NCBI GenBank assembly: GCA_951406725.2
Contig: OX597814.1
Span: 174,778,001-174,842,000, forward strand
Reading direction: 5' to 3'
DNA from: Octopus vulgaris
Taxonomy: Eukaryota
DNA length: 64,000 nucleotides
The notes beneath the pieces were generated by a model that searched no databases, was not told the origin of the DNA, and worked only from the letters and a program-made list of their open reading frames with translations. The first letter of the stretch is position 1, and each line of letters opens with the position of its first letter. Below are positions 52,720 to 64,000 of this stretch, in pieces. Made by a program: the position numbers and the translations under genes.

Positions 52720-53792
52720 GTAAGTGCTACTGTTTTGTTGTTGCTGTTTTTTTTATTCTATATCTTTTGGATAAAAAATGTTAAGGACCTCTCTACAGAT
52801 TTTCCATATAAATTATAGCATAGAAATTATAGAAATTTTTGTAATGGTTGCATAACAAAATACTGTGTCCCTACAAGTCATTAGTAAAAAAGGCTGTCTA
52901 ACAAAAGAATAATCACAAGTCAGTTGGGGCTTGATTTTAGACTTTCCTATCACCTACCAATTTGGTGGTTTCATTCTTAGCTACAGGAGTCACCCATGCA
53001 ATAGCAAACCAATTTACTATGTCAAACTGGATGGTCAAACTGACCATCCAGTATGTCAAACCAATTTGGTTTAATATACATATTAATAGTTTTCTGTAAA
53101 GTGTCAGCCTCTTGTACCAATATCCAGCAACTATTAAGTCTCTTCCAGGTGCTTTCCCGATATGCAATTTGCCTACAGCAAACAGTGAAAGTTTCAGTTT
53201 CTGGGTCTCTTGTGTATGTTTCACTGTCAATGTTAGTACAATATTCACTCCTAACTGCATTTAGCCTTGATGTAATTAGGTTGAAATCCCTCTTTCATTC
53301 CATATTTTAGACCAGAATGATTCAAGATCTTGAAAGGGAGCTTTCTTAACAGTTCTATTTTCCTTCCTCATCTGTCTGGATAATGCCTATGAATTGTATC
53401 AAACTTGTGATTTATACTGGTTCAGTCAAAAATTTCCTAAAGTAGTGGAGTTTTCACTCAGCTTCTTGAGTTCATACTTTAGAGTAATTAGATTTCCTTC
53501 ACAAGCTTGGTGTGAAGCGTCACCATGTTTTGTTAATTTATGCCTCAAATATTTAATTGGTGAGGTGTAGACTCGTTATTTCCCTTACATTTTATTGCCA
53601 ATAATTGTGGTTAATCATCCAATATGGCAGTATAGAATGTTGATGTTTTCTTCAAGGTTTGTTTTCCATCTAGGTTGCTTCCATTTAGTAATTCATTACC
53701 ATAAATACTGCAGATTTCTGTTTGGTGTTCTTTAAAGGTGATAGCAGCTGTGTATATGAGGGTACTGATATTTTAGTAATTAAAATCACATC

Positions 53793-53844
53793 CATGCTGA
53801 CTAATACCTTCTTATTAAATTTGGGTGACAGAAACTACAGCCTT

Positions 53845-53908
<64 letters not shown>

Positions 53909-54156
53909 GTATGCATAAAGTAATACATACTACAGATGTTAATGATGGGCACATAGAATTCATCATCATCATCATCGTTTAATGTCCGCTAGCATGGAGA
54001 ACGGACATTAAACGATGATGATGATGATGATGAATTCTATGTGCCCATCATTAACATCTGTAGTATGTATTACTTTATGCATACATATGTGTGTGTGTGT
54101 GTTAAAGGCTGTAGTTTCTGTCACCCAAATTTAATCACAAGATATTAGTCAGCATG
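53793..54156. repeat. Fold-back inverted duplication centred on an RTE 3' tail
   Basis: The arms match apart from (CA)n/(CAT)n lengths and a few distal mismatches. Loop ctagcatggagaa at about 53989-54001. Confidence 0.9.
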
Positions 54157-55388
54157 AAGCTGTTGTAGAAGGTACCTACCCAAGGTGCCATACAGTGGGA
54201 CTGAACCTGAAACCACATGGTTACAAAGCAAACTTTTTAACCGCATAGTCACATCTATACATATAGATATATGTGCATGCCCACACAGACATGCACATAT
54301 GCACATGCAACTTAGTTGTAAGTCACATCAGTATTACATATATTACTAGTTAAATGCTGCTTTAATTATGGTGCATGTGATATTTATTTTATACACATGA
54401 TATCTATATTTTTCTTTTCCTCTCACTCTTTCTCTTGTACTTCCTCTCTCATATTTTCTTTTCCTTTCACGTCTTTTATTACTTTCCATTCCTTTGCTTC
54501 CTCTCTCACCAGTGACAGCTTGTGTATAGGAACTGTGGGACTACAGCACCCCCTATTTCCACTTGATATTATCAATAACATTCAATATAATGAGTCCTTT
54601 TTTTCTTTAATTCTTTCTTTATACTTGTACATTATATAATCTTTAAGCTTAATGTCAGTAGCCATCCCCTAGTTTATAAAAAAAGTCCTTGTTAGAACTG
54701 TGTACTTCGCAGTTCCAGCGACACAATGTTTGGCGGTTGTGCGCATGCTCACATGTCTGAGATAGGAAGCTTCACACTAGGGAGAGAGAGCACTGTGTGA
54801 ACAACAGTGCCGGATGAAAGGTAGTGTTTCTTTTTGACCCTGCTTGTGTTGTGCTTAAAAACATGTTTATATTCTTGAATGTGATAAAGTGTAGAATTAG
54901 ATTATTATCCTGCTTCCAGCTTCAGTGTTGCTGCCAGGAACTGAAAAATAGGGCACATTTCCCCTACTTATTTTGTGATTTAGGGGAGATTTTTGAAAAA
55001 CAAGGGGGAATTTGTGGTGGTATTCAATGAACAAATTAAACACTACTCAGCAGTGGCTAAAACGTGAACCAATCAAGTTTATGTATAAATCTTCTTTTTA
55101 TGTTTGTTTCCTTTTACACAATATTAAAACAACAGCTAAAAATTTTTTAAAGCAGCAAAAATTTTATCTACGAGCCGCCACTATCTCTCACCCACTCTTC
55201 CCTTTTCTTCTCTTGCTGTTACTTCATTTTATTCTCTCAGTATCTATTCTTATTTCTGTCAAATTAACACACATCCAAAATAATGAAATACCCTTTTTTT
55301 TCTTTCTTTTTGTACATAACTTTCTTCTATGTTATTTTTTTAATAAATTTCTTCTTTTTTTTTTAATTATTTTTTCCATCCCTGTCAG

Positions 55389-55515
55389 TAATTGAGAAGC
55401 TTGTCTCACAGTTTCCCCAGCAACCAAGGACTGTTATTGCTGCTGCTCTTGATGTTTGTAGCTACAATGAAGTACAAACAACAGCAGTGCTGCAGGCCTC
55501 TGAAAGTGATGACCG
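55389..55515 (+). CDS. Coding exon 3: CUE-like motif 2 (LIEKLVSQFPQQPRTVIAAALDVCSYNEVQTTAVLQASESDDR)
   Basis: Long T-rich tract then cag 55386-55388. Phase 1 in, phase 2 out. Donor CG|GTAAGT at 55516. The helix-FP-helix-helix pattern is typical of CUE domains. This frame is missing from the ORF track. Confidence 0.9.
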
Positions 55516-55584
55516 GTAAGTTAAAGAATGAAGTGAGATTTATGCTTCTTTCTCACCACCACCACTATGATACTTTATTATTAA

Positions 55585-55778
55585 CCCTTTCGTTACTATA
55601 TTTATTTTGAGATGCTCTGTGTTTCTTTCAATTATTTTAAATATAACAAAGAATTTAGTAAAATAACTTAGTTATCATTAAACAAGTGTTAGGAACATAA
55701 ATTGCGACTAAGGTTTGATGGTATATTTTAATGCAAAACTTATGAAAACAAGACAGAGCCGGTTTCGTAACGAAAGGG
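55585..55778. mobile_element. piggyBac-type MITE
   Basis: TTAA on both sides (55581-55584, 55779-55782) and 12-bp TIR ccctttcgttac/gtaacgaaaggg. Confidence 0.9.
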
Positions 55779-55930
55779 TTAAACTACAAATAGCGATTAC
55801 TAGTGCTGTTAGTTACAGGTATCTAATGGGTGAAGCACAGGTTCACTGCATTTCTGACAGTGAGAGTGATAAGGAAGTGTCTGTACTTAGCTCAGAACAG
55901 ATATCACAAAGAACTCAATCCTTCAGAATT

Positions 55931-56357
55931 TAATCCTTTAGCATTTAAACTGGCTGTAACAGACTCAAATATGATACTTGTTTTCTGTTGATCACAGTCA
56001 AATCTGGCCTCTTACACCTACTGTACAATGTCATTCTAAAAATAAATAGTCACATCATGAATATATCTCAAAGTTATAAAATAATGCATGATTAACTGAA
56101 AACAATGTGAATAAATAAGCATTACATTTGACAAAGCAATCTGAATGCTAGAGTTAAACCAGCCATATCTGATCCAAATATGTTACCTGCTTTATGTTCA
56201 AGCCAACTAGATCCAGCTCCACACACCTACTTTATAATATCATTCTAAAAATAAACAGTCACATCATCAAAATCTTAAAGCATGCATGCTTAATTCAAAA
56301 CAATATGAATAAATAAGCTTTACATTTGACACAGTAATCTGAATGCTAAAGAGTTAA
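55931..56357. mobile_element. Second piggyBac-type MITE family, tandem dimer (partial copy at 59355-59568)
   Basis: ttaatcctttagcatt ... gaatgctaaagagttaa ends, with an internal unit of about 200 bp present twice. Confidence 0.7.
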
Positions 56358-57373
56358 TTTACAAAGCACTGGTTTTTCACTTTTCTGAAAAATGTTTACA
56401 TCTTTTGCCAGTATACATTTGTGAAAGACATATATACATACATGCATACATATTTACAAGAACAACTTTTCTGAATCAATCAGGGTCCCCAAATTTAGGG
56501 TGAGTAATTTGTATGCTAATTAAGGTCACCAAATTTAACATGATGTTTATGTCAAAGTATGTTATTTGATGTTGGAAGATAACTATGACACAGATTGTGT
56601 GTTAATCATCAACTTAATATTTATTCCCATTAATATTACACATCAACATCAGTGAACTAATAGAAAACACAAACAAGAAATATGAATAACTATTAAACAA
56701 AAGTTATAATTAGTTTGGTAAATGTGCATGTTCTTATATTCAAGAGAGAAAGAAGAATGTACATCTACATAAAAAAAATGTCCATTACTATCCTTTAATC
56801 ATAGATGTGCAAGCAAAAAAGCAAAAAGGTGGTGGTGAATATGAGAGAATTTTTTTTCAATGGTGTTGAGTTGGGGCATAGGGCCTTGCTGTAACTATGA
56901 GAATCTTTAAAAAAGTGAGAAATCTATGCTCAAAGAGCTGGAAGAACTACATAGATGTGCAAAAGATAGCAATGTTGTTTACCGAAGAAACAATAGTCTC
57001 AACTATGTGCATGTAAATCTGAGGTTGAGTTTAGTGGAAGTAATAGTGTTGGATGAGCCAGCATTTTGGTAAATTTTCTTTGATCCTTTATGTATTTAGT
57101 ACAACAGTCACTGATTGGTTCTAAAGAGTATCAAAGCTTCATGTTGTCTGTGATTTTTATGAGCGTGTTTCTAATCCCTGTATTATATATATATCATATT
57201 GTGTATGTTTAAAAATAGTTTTCATGTATAAAAGTGATTGTGTTGCTTGTGAGAGGTGGTATAGGGAAGGATATCTGGCTATAGGAAACCTCCTTCAACA
57301 AATTCTACCTGACCCATGCAAGCATGGAAAAGTGGACATTAAATGATGATATAATATTTTGTTTCCTTTTCAG

Positions 57374-57426
57374 ACCCCAACAAAGAACCACAAGTGCAAC
57401 ATCATCTCCTGTTCATCAGCAGCAAG
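57374..57426 (+). CDS. Coding exon 4 (53 nt; PQQRTTSATSSPVHQQQ)
   Basis: Acceptor gtttccttttcag, donor AAG|GTTTGT. Phase 2 in and phase 1 out fits both neighbours. Confidence 0.85.
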
Positions 57427-58535
57427 GTTTGTGTTTCATCATTATTTTTAGTTAGTACATTTACTGTTAATTATGCCACATTCAGTTTAGATGTATAAGT
57501 GTTATGTAGTAAATAATCCAATTATTTTAAAACATCGCTAAGCTTTGATTAGAACTTACATTAAAAAAGAGAGCTGAAGATAGCCAAATTGGTTATTTAC
57601 TGAAGAAAGAACAGGAGATCAGAAGTTTATATCTCGTTACCAGCCCTGTACTACATTCATCAATCTTGTTCTGTTGTTGTTCAGCCTCAAGTCAGTTATG
57701 ACTGAATATATTTATGACCAAAGTTGTTCCAATTGTGATCATTGTCTTTTTTTAAAGGTGTCCAGAACTACATTGTCCAATATGTCCTTCCCTCTTTATA
57801 ACAATGAGATATTATTTGAAGTATCTACTTGTTGTTTTTAGCAGATCAACTGACCACATAGTGCTTCTTTTGTTGGCTCTTGTTCTATGTAGTCCTACCT
57901 TGAAAGTAGTGAGTGGCAGCACTGTAGAATTAATGATTGTTTTGTTGTTACTGAATTAAATTTTTCTCTTATTAAAATAATTACTCACCTGCTTTATGCA
58001 TTAGAAACTAGTTATATAGCTGCCTGATGCATTCATGGGATTCTGGCCTTCCCATTCGTAATCTCATGGAACAGCCAGGATATGACAACTAAAGGGAGAG
58101 AGAGTAAGCTACTCCAGTACTAAGCTGATATACATTTTTGGCTAAGTAGTCCGGAGCAACAGGAAATGAAATGCCTTATTCAGTGAGACAGTGTATACAG
58201 TCAAGAATTGAGCTCCTTATGATTGTGAGCCTAACCATTAGGCCATGCACCTTCTATTTCTTTACTGCCCTCAAGGGGCTACACACAGAGGGGCCAAACA
58301 AGAACAGACAAACGGATTAAGTCGATTATATCGACCCCAGTGCATAACTGGTACTTATTTAATCGACCCCGAAAGGATGAAAGGCAAAGTCAACCTCAGT
58401 GGAACTTGAACTCAGAACGTAGCAGCAGACGAAATACCACTAAGCATTTCGCCTGGCGTGCTAATGCTTCTGCCAGCTCGCTGCCTTAGGTCATGCACCT
58501 TCACAGTAAACTTTGTTTTTATATTTTCATGAGCC

Positions 58536-59060
58536 CTAAGACTCACATGCAACCAAGAGAATACCCTCCATCAGGCATTTGCCATATTCTGAACGCCTTA
58601 CTTCCCTGGGCATGAATACATTGAAACTCCGATATCTGGCAGCTGACTTGGCAGACACCCATAAAATTACTAACCATCTTACAAACAATAACTCTGAGCA
58701 CCTTTTCAAACTCCATCTGTCTAACACCCGTGGACATGTTTACAAAGTCAGAAAACAGCACAGCTCCCATGAATTTTGGAAACATTTTTTCACGCTGAGT
58801 TGCTGAAGTATGGAACAAACTGTCGGCATCAGTTGTTAGTTGTCGGAGCACTGCATCCTTCAAAACTTCCATGCTTCCTGAGATTCGCCAACACTACACC
58901 TGATTTTCTCCCCTCCATACACATGCAAGCATGTTTCTGATTCCTACACTGTTCTCTTTCCAGACATTTGTACATTACTGCATATGCTTTATATGTACTT
59001 TTGACAAGTTGTGGTGCACCTGAGCACTGTATACAGTAATTTCATTATTATTATTATTAT
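58536..59060 (+). mobile_element. CR1-type LINE 3' end
   Basis: PYSERLTSLG..TLKLRYL..NTRGHVYKV..HFFTL C-terminal motif followed by a 3' UTR and (TTA)n tail. An older relative with an internal duplication lies at about 34160-34430. Confidence 0.8.
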
Positions 59061-59678
59061 ATATAAGGCTGATTACCTAGTTTCCATGGTGTATACAAGT
59101 GACCAAGATCACAACATTCCCCTGAACGGGGTGCCAGTTCATTGCTGGGTTGAGGGCCAGCAATTATGAGGGGAGAGTACAAGTTGATTACATCAGCTTC
59201 AGTACTTGTTTGGTACTTTATTTATTCAACCTGAAAGGGATGAGGGGTAAAGTTGACCTCAGTGAGATTTGAACTCAAAGTACAAAGAGCTGGAAGAAAT
59301 GTTTCTAAGCATTTTTGTCTGATGTGCTAATGATTCTGCCAATTCACCACCTATTTAAACCGGCCATATCCAGCCAAAAGTATTCTGCCTGTTTTATGTT
59401 CAAACTGTCCAGATCTGGTCTCTCACACCAACCCTACAATATCGTTTTAAAAATTAACAGCTACCTCATCAAAATCGCAAAGCTACAAGATAATGCCTGA
59501 TTTGTTCAAGGCAATGTGGATGAAAAAGCATTAATTTGGGTAGAATAATGCGAACATTAAAGGGTTAAGTCATTAATGAAGACTGTTTGCATTTTATGAA
59601 TTTTTATATAACCGTTTTATGTAAGTAAAAACTTTAAAATTATTTTATGAAATGCAATGTATATTCTTCCATCTTTAG

Positions 59679-59787
59679 ATGATAAACATTCCCATCCAAA
59701 ACCATCAAACAGTAAAGCAGGGGCAAGCTATGAGCCTGTAGCATTCAATGAAAAACCAAACGGGTCCACCTCATCTAGCACTTCAAG
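59679..59787 (+). CDS. Coding exon 5 (DDKHSHPKPSNSKAGASYEPVAFNEKPNGSTSSSTS)
   Basis: Acceptor ttcttccatctttag, donor AAG|GTAAGG at 59788. Phase-1 entry gives an open frame, whereas phase 0 hits a stop. No stop codon, so the gene continues. Confidence 0.85.
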
Positions 59788-62102
59788 GTAAGGCCATGAA
59801 AAACGTAGCTGTTTCTTTTATTCAATTATTATTCTATCTCTATTTTAGGACCTGAGATATCACTTTCATTTTTATAATGTTGAGTTATTTCTCAGGCTAG
59901 AGAATTTTTTTTTTTTTTTTTCAGCGTTCAATGTTTATTGGAATTCTTTAAAAACAAGAACCTGTTTATTGAAGATTAGATATCCTCCAAATTCATATAA
60001 ACAAATATTTATAACCTTTTATTTTATTTTTTTATTTTTTGCTATTACAGTTTAGACGCTTCCAATTAATTTGGTTCTTCTTAAATCACTTTTCATCAGA
60101 AAAATTTTTCTTTTCAATATAATATAATTTTTTTATATATTCCAATTTTTTTTAAAACAAAACAAAAATTTATAATTTTCTTCTCAATTGTTGACTAATT
60201 TATTTTAATGTAAAACAGCATTTCAAAATTTGAATTTTTAAAAACATTTAATGCTTAAAATATTTATAAATAATGATCCAAACGGAGAATTAGTGGTAAA
60301 GAGCTGAATACTGGGCATTGTAATTTCAAATGTTAAATTTAGTTTCCATTCATTATTCAGTGAATAAAATAGTAGTAACAATGAGCGTAGCGGAATAAAG
60401 GGACAAACAGTAATTAGCGACATGGGTGAATAAGTTTCCATAAAAGTCAATGAAACAGGAACCTTCAGTTTGCACCAAGTTGCAACCACTACCACCTCCA
60501 ACAACAACAACAGCAGCAGTAACTACTACCACCACCTACTACTACTACGATTACTACATAAGAGCTGCTGTAGAATGTAAATGGCATATGGTGAAGTAGA
60601 ATAATTGCTTTCTTATAACAAAATATTTTACATATCTAATTTATCAAAAATGCATATACCATAGTGTCATTGTAGTGTTGACGCTGCTGGTCTCAGTCTA
60701 CCTAGCTAACAATAGATACCATTCCCATTCCGTATTTGACTGGTTGGTAGCTTGAATGTCATTACATCTAGTTGTAAGAAAATTGTTCCAATGATATACA
60801 AATATCCAAATTTACTAGAGAAAAACAATGACAATCATATTCACTATACTAAAATATTTAAAAATACACTGTTAGAACCCTTTTGAATATCATTGACCAT
60901 GTATAAGCACTCACCCTACACATACACTGTTAAGTATGAGCAAGTAATGAAAATGCAAGCAAGAGACTGGACTTCGTACAATGATGATTATTGTTTAGCT
61001 CCAGGACAAAGCTGGTTCAGCAAACCTTTAATAAAATATATTCCAGCCATGACAAGTTCATTATTTAAGAATCACATTGTTCAGTGAGTTCCTTTTGGTG
61101 ACGGGGTGTGATTTGAAGGAATTTAGCTTCTATTTCTAGTGTTTGAGCAACCACATAGTGGGTGATATTAATACTTCTTTCTACTATATGCACAAGGCCT
61201 GAAATTTTGAGAGATGGGGCTAGTTGATTACATTGACTCCAGTACCCAACTGGTACTTATTTCATTGACCCTGAAAGGATGACAGGTAGAGATGACCTCA
61301 GTGGAACTTGAACTCTGAACATAAAGAGCCAGAAGAAATACTGCTAAGCATTTTGTTTGATGCTCTAATGATTCTGCCAGCACACCACTTTGGTTGATAT
61401 TGATAATAAACAATCTCTTTCTATTAAACTTTGCTGTTTCATTCCTTCAGAGAGCTAATTGGTGTAAGAGGCAATGTAAGATACCAGTTATTGAAGAAAG
61501 GCCTAACATGTGATGAAAGAAAGGGCTGATAGTGCATTAGTTATATATGTAGATATAATTACAAAGCTCCATCATAATAAGGATTTCCTTAAAAATCCAC
61601 GAACTTGAATGTAATTTAAATACTGCATCTATTCATCCTTAGCATCTCTCGTTCACTCCATTTCCATAATTCTGTTTTGTTAACAAACAATAACTAGTTG
61701 TAATTACTCATTGATTATATGTCATCCTGTATTCATATCCTTTTTAATGTATAATTTAATTTCTATAATTAATATTTTTCTTAATATCATATCTAACTCC
61801 AGCATGCTGCCTCACATCATGTGTCATTCATCTCAATGTATAATTTACATATCCTTCTCATTTTAAACCTTCTAAATAGATTAAAGGGTGAAAATTGTTC
61901 TTTTATTATTGACATTTAGGAATAATATTCCAACACCAGTTTTTCACTGAAATTTCAATTCATTAATACATTATAAAGGAGGAAAAAAAATAGACCAATA
62001 AAATTTTAACAAAAACTTCTGATTATATACAAGTATATGGTAATAACTTGCCAGTTCTACAGCTTAGTTATGTTGCCTTTTTCTTTTTCTTTCAAAACTC
62101 AG

Positions 62103-62150
62103 ATGTCTGCGAGCTACTTGGCTCAATTTACTTTTTTACCCTGTTAACAG
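62103..62150 (+). CDS. Possible 48-nt symmetric (phase 2-2) cassette exon, CLRATWLNLLFYPVN
   Basis: Polypyrimidine tract plus cag at 62100-62102, donor CAG|GTATGT at 62151. In frame with exon 5. The peptide composition differs from the neighbouring exons. Confidence 0.45.
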
Positions 62151-63430
62151 GTATGTTGATGTATTTGCAATGTGTGTTCTGACCCCTTACCAACATATTG
62201 CTGTTGAGAACATCCAGTCTTCAAAACCTTAGAAAAGTTCCTTAATGCTAGTTCTATGAATCGGAAACATTCACATAGATTAGGCTGTTAAGTAGAAAGC
62301 TTTAAACGATTGCAAATTTCATCTCTGAATGTAGGCCACTCCTCTAGCTTAAACAGAATTACAGAAAAGCAGTCATCATGTTAAAGTTAACAAAAGTAAT
62401 TCATTAAGCTTAGTCATAAAAGCAGTTTTTTAACTCCTAGAAAAAATATTTCTTACACAGCTTTCTATTTTTTACTTGTAGGTTATTGTTATTTTTTTGC
62501 TTTTTTTTTTTCGTCATTCCTGCCTTTAATCACCTTCTACACACTTCCAAATGTCTTAAAACTGTCCTTACACAAGGACATACTCTTTATATTTTTGTAA
62601 TTCCAAGTTTTGTCTTATCTATTTTTGCTTCAAATATTTTCACTTTGCTTGGTGTGTATGTGTGTGTCTGTGTTAGTGTGCTTGTGTGTTTCTTGAATTT
62701 GCAAGATAATTTCCTGTTCAGTTTCAATTGAATAACTTTGTTGAAATCCAATTTCATCTATTATACAACCAACATCAATGTTAATTTGAATTTATATGTG
62801 TACATGTATTTGAGTGTAGGGAGATATTGATAACAAATTTAACAATGTAAATACTTTGTCAATGTGGAATGTATAAGCTCAATTAGGAACTTGAATGAAC
62901 AAAAATGGGAATTTTTAGGAAGAAAAAATATTATTTTGATAAAAATAATTTAACACAATGGAATGTTGCACTCGGTAAAATTCTTTCCACATGTAATTTT
63001 TATAGTTCAAATTTTACACTTCATAGAATTTTGGTAATTATCTAAACCAAATTAAATAATTTTCCATTTTATATTTTTCATTAATACTTTTTATATGTTG
63101 GTTTGAAACTGAAAAATGAACTTGTTTCTTCTTCAACTTTTTCATGAGTATGAACAACATAGCAATAAAACCACATATATTTGCTATAAATATAATATTT
63201 TAGCTATACAGATTTGTTTCTGTTGATTGCAACTAAGTTTAAATAGGAGAAAGAATATTAAAATACTCTTTTTGCAACAAGATTTGCTTACTCTTTTATT
63301 TGTGAAAATAATACTAAGCAGCATTGTTTAGAGTAAGGAAAGTAGGTTTCTTTTATTCAGAATTGTTCTTTTACATGAGGAAATTTAATGATTGTTCAAA
63401 GTATATCCAACATCAGATATATTCAAAGTA

Positions 63431-64000
63431 TTGGGCCATCCCATAAATAATGTAGTTTTTTCAATTGCATGAACTAAAAGTCGGAGGGGGATGGGATAAA
63501 CTGCTTGCATCAACTTGCTATAAAAGAAGGTAGTAATTTTACCTTGTACTGATTTTTAGTGTAAGTTTTGAAGAGCACAGTGCGATTTTAACAGTTATTT
63601 TTCCAAAGATATAATGAAAGTGACAAAGGAGCATATTCAGCATATTTTGCTTTATGAGTTCAATAAAGACAATAACACAATGGAAAGTGCAAGGAATATT
63701 AATGCTGTATATGGGAATTGAACAATAAGTGAAAGCCAGTGTCAACAGTGGTTCCAGAAATCCCGAGCCAGAAACTACAGCCTAGAAGATGAGCCTCATC
63801 CTGGAAGATCTGTCAAGCTCGACGAGGACATCCTGCAAACCCTGGTGGAACAAAATCCCATCATAACTGTTGAGGAACTAGAAGAAAAGCTTAGATTTGA
63901 TCATTCAGCCATTCCTCGACAGCTGCATGCTATTGGGTCAATGGGTTCCTCACAAAATTTCTGGGTCTAATTGCATGCAGAGAGTGAATGTGTACTCTTC
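63431..64000 (+). mobile_element. mariner element, left end with decayed transposase (ATG 63614)
   Basis: TA then a ttgggccatcccataa terminus. HIQHILLYEF..ARNINAVYG*..QCQQWFQK..LEDEPHPGR..LVEQNP..VEEL, with an in-frame stop. Confidence 0.9.

Noticed and set aside
52718-52723. Alternative donor AG|GTGTAA joining exon 2 directly to exon 4
   Set aside because: It is frame-compatible with skipping exon 3 but much weaker than the overlapping GTAAGT donor, and there is no evidence of use.
52140-52784. 214-aa single-exon ORF
   Set aside because: Only 52367-52719 is exon. The flanks are intronic microsatellite and T-rich sequence bounded by clear splice sites.

Overview
AT-rich, microsatellite-dense eukaryotic genomic DNA. 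The repeat families look like those of an octopus or other coleoid cephalopod; this assignment is an inference from recognisable SINE, RTE and Penelope-type repeats. One spliced + strand gene can be reconstructed by eye, with five phase-consistent coding exons (41200-41330, 52367-52719, 55389-55515, 57374-57426, 59679-59787) and a possible sixth (62103-62150). It encodes an uncharacterised protein with two CUE/UBA-like three-helix motifs separated by a Ser-Pro-rich linker, and it continues past the window. A possible divergent first-exon pair lies at about 2.5-3.35 kb. The rest is intronic or intergenic and full of tRNA-derived SINEs, RTE/CR1/R4-type LINE remnants, Helitrons, piggyBac-type MITEs and Tc1/mariner fossils. 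The most notable hidden structures are minimal type-I hammerhead ribozyme motifs (21761-21857 and an inverted pair at 13815-14051) and a set of palindromic Penelope-like insertions, two of them with target-site duplications. There are also several long inverted duplications, including a 256-bp one with no mismatches seen, which would make intronic dsRNA. Almost all ORF-track entries are microsatellite or repeat artefacts.
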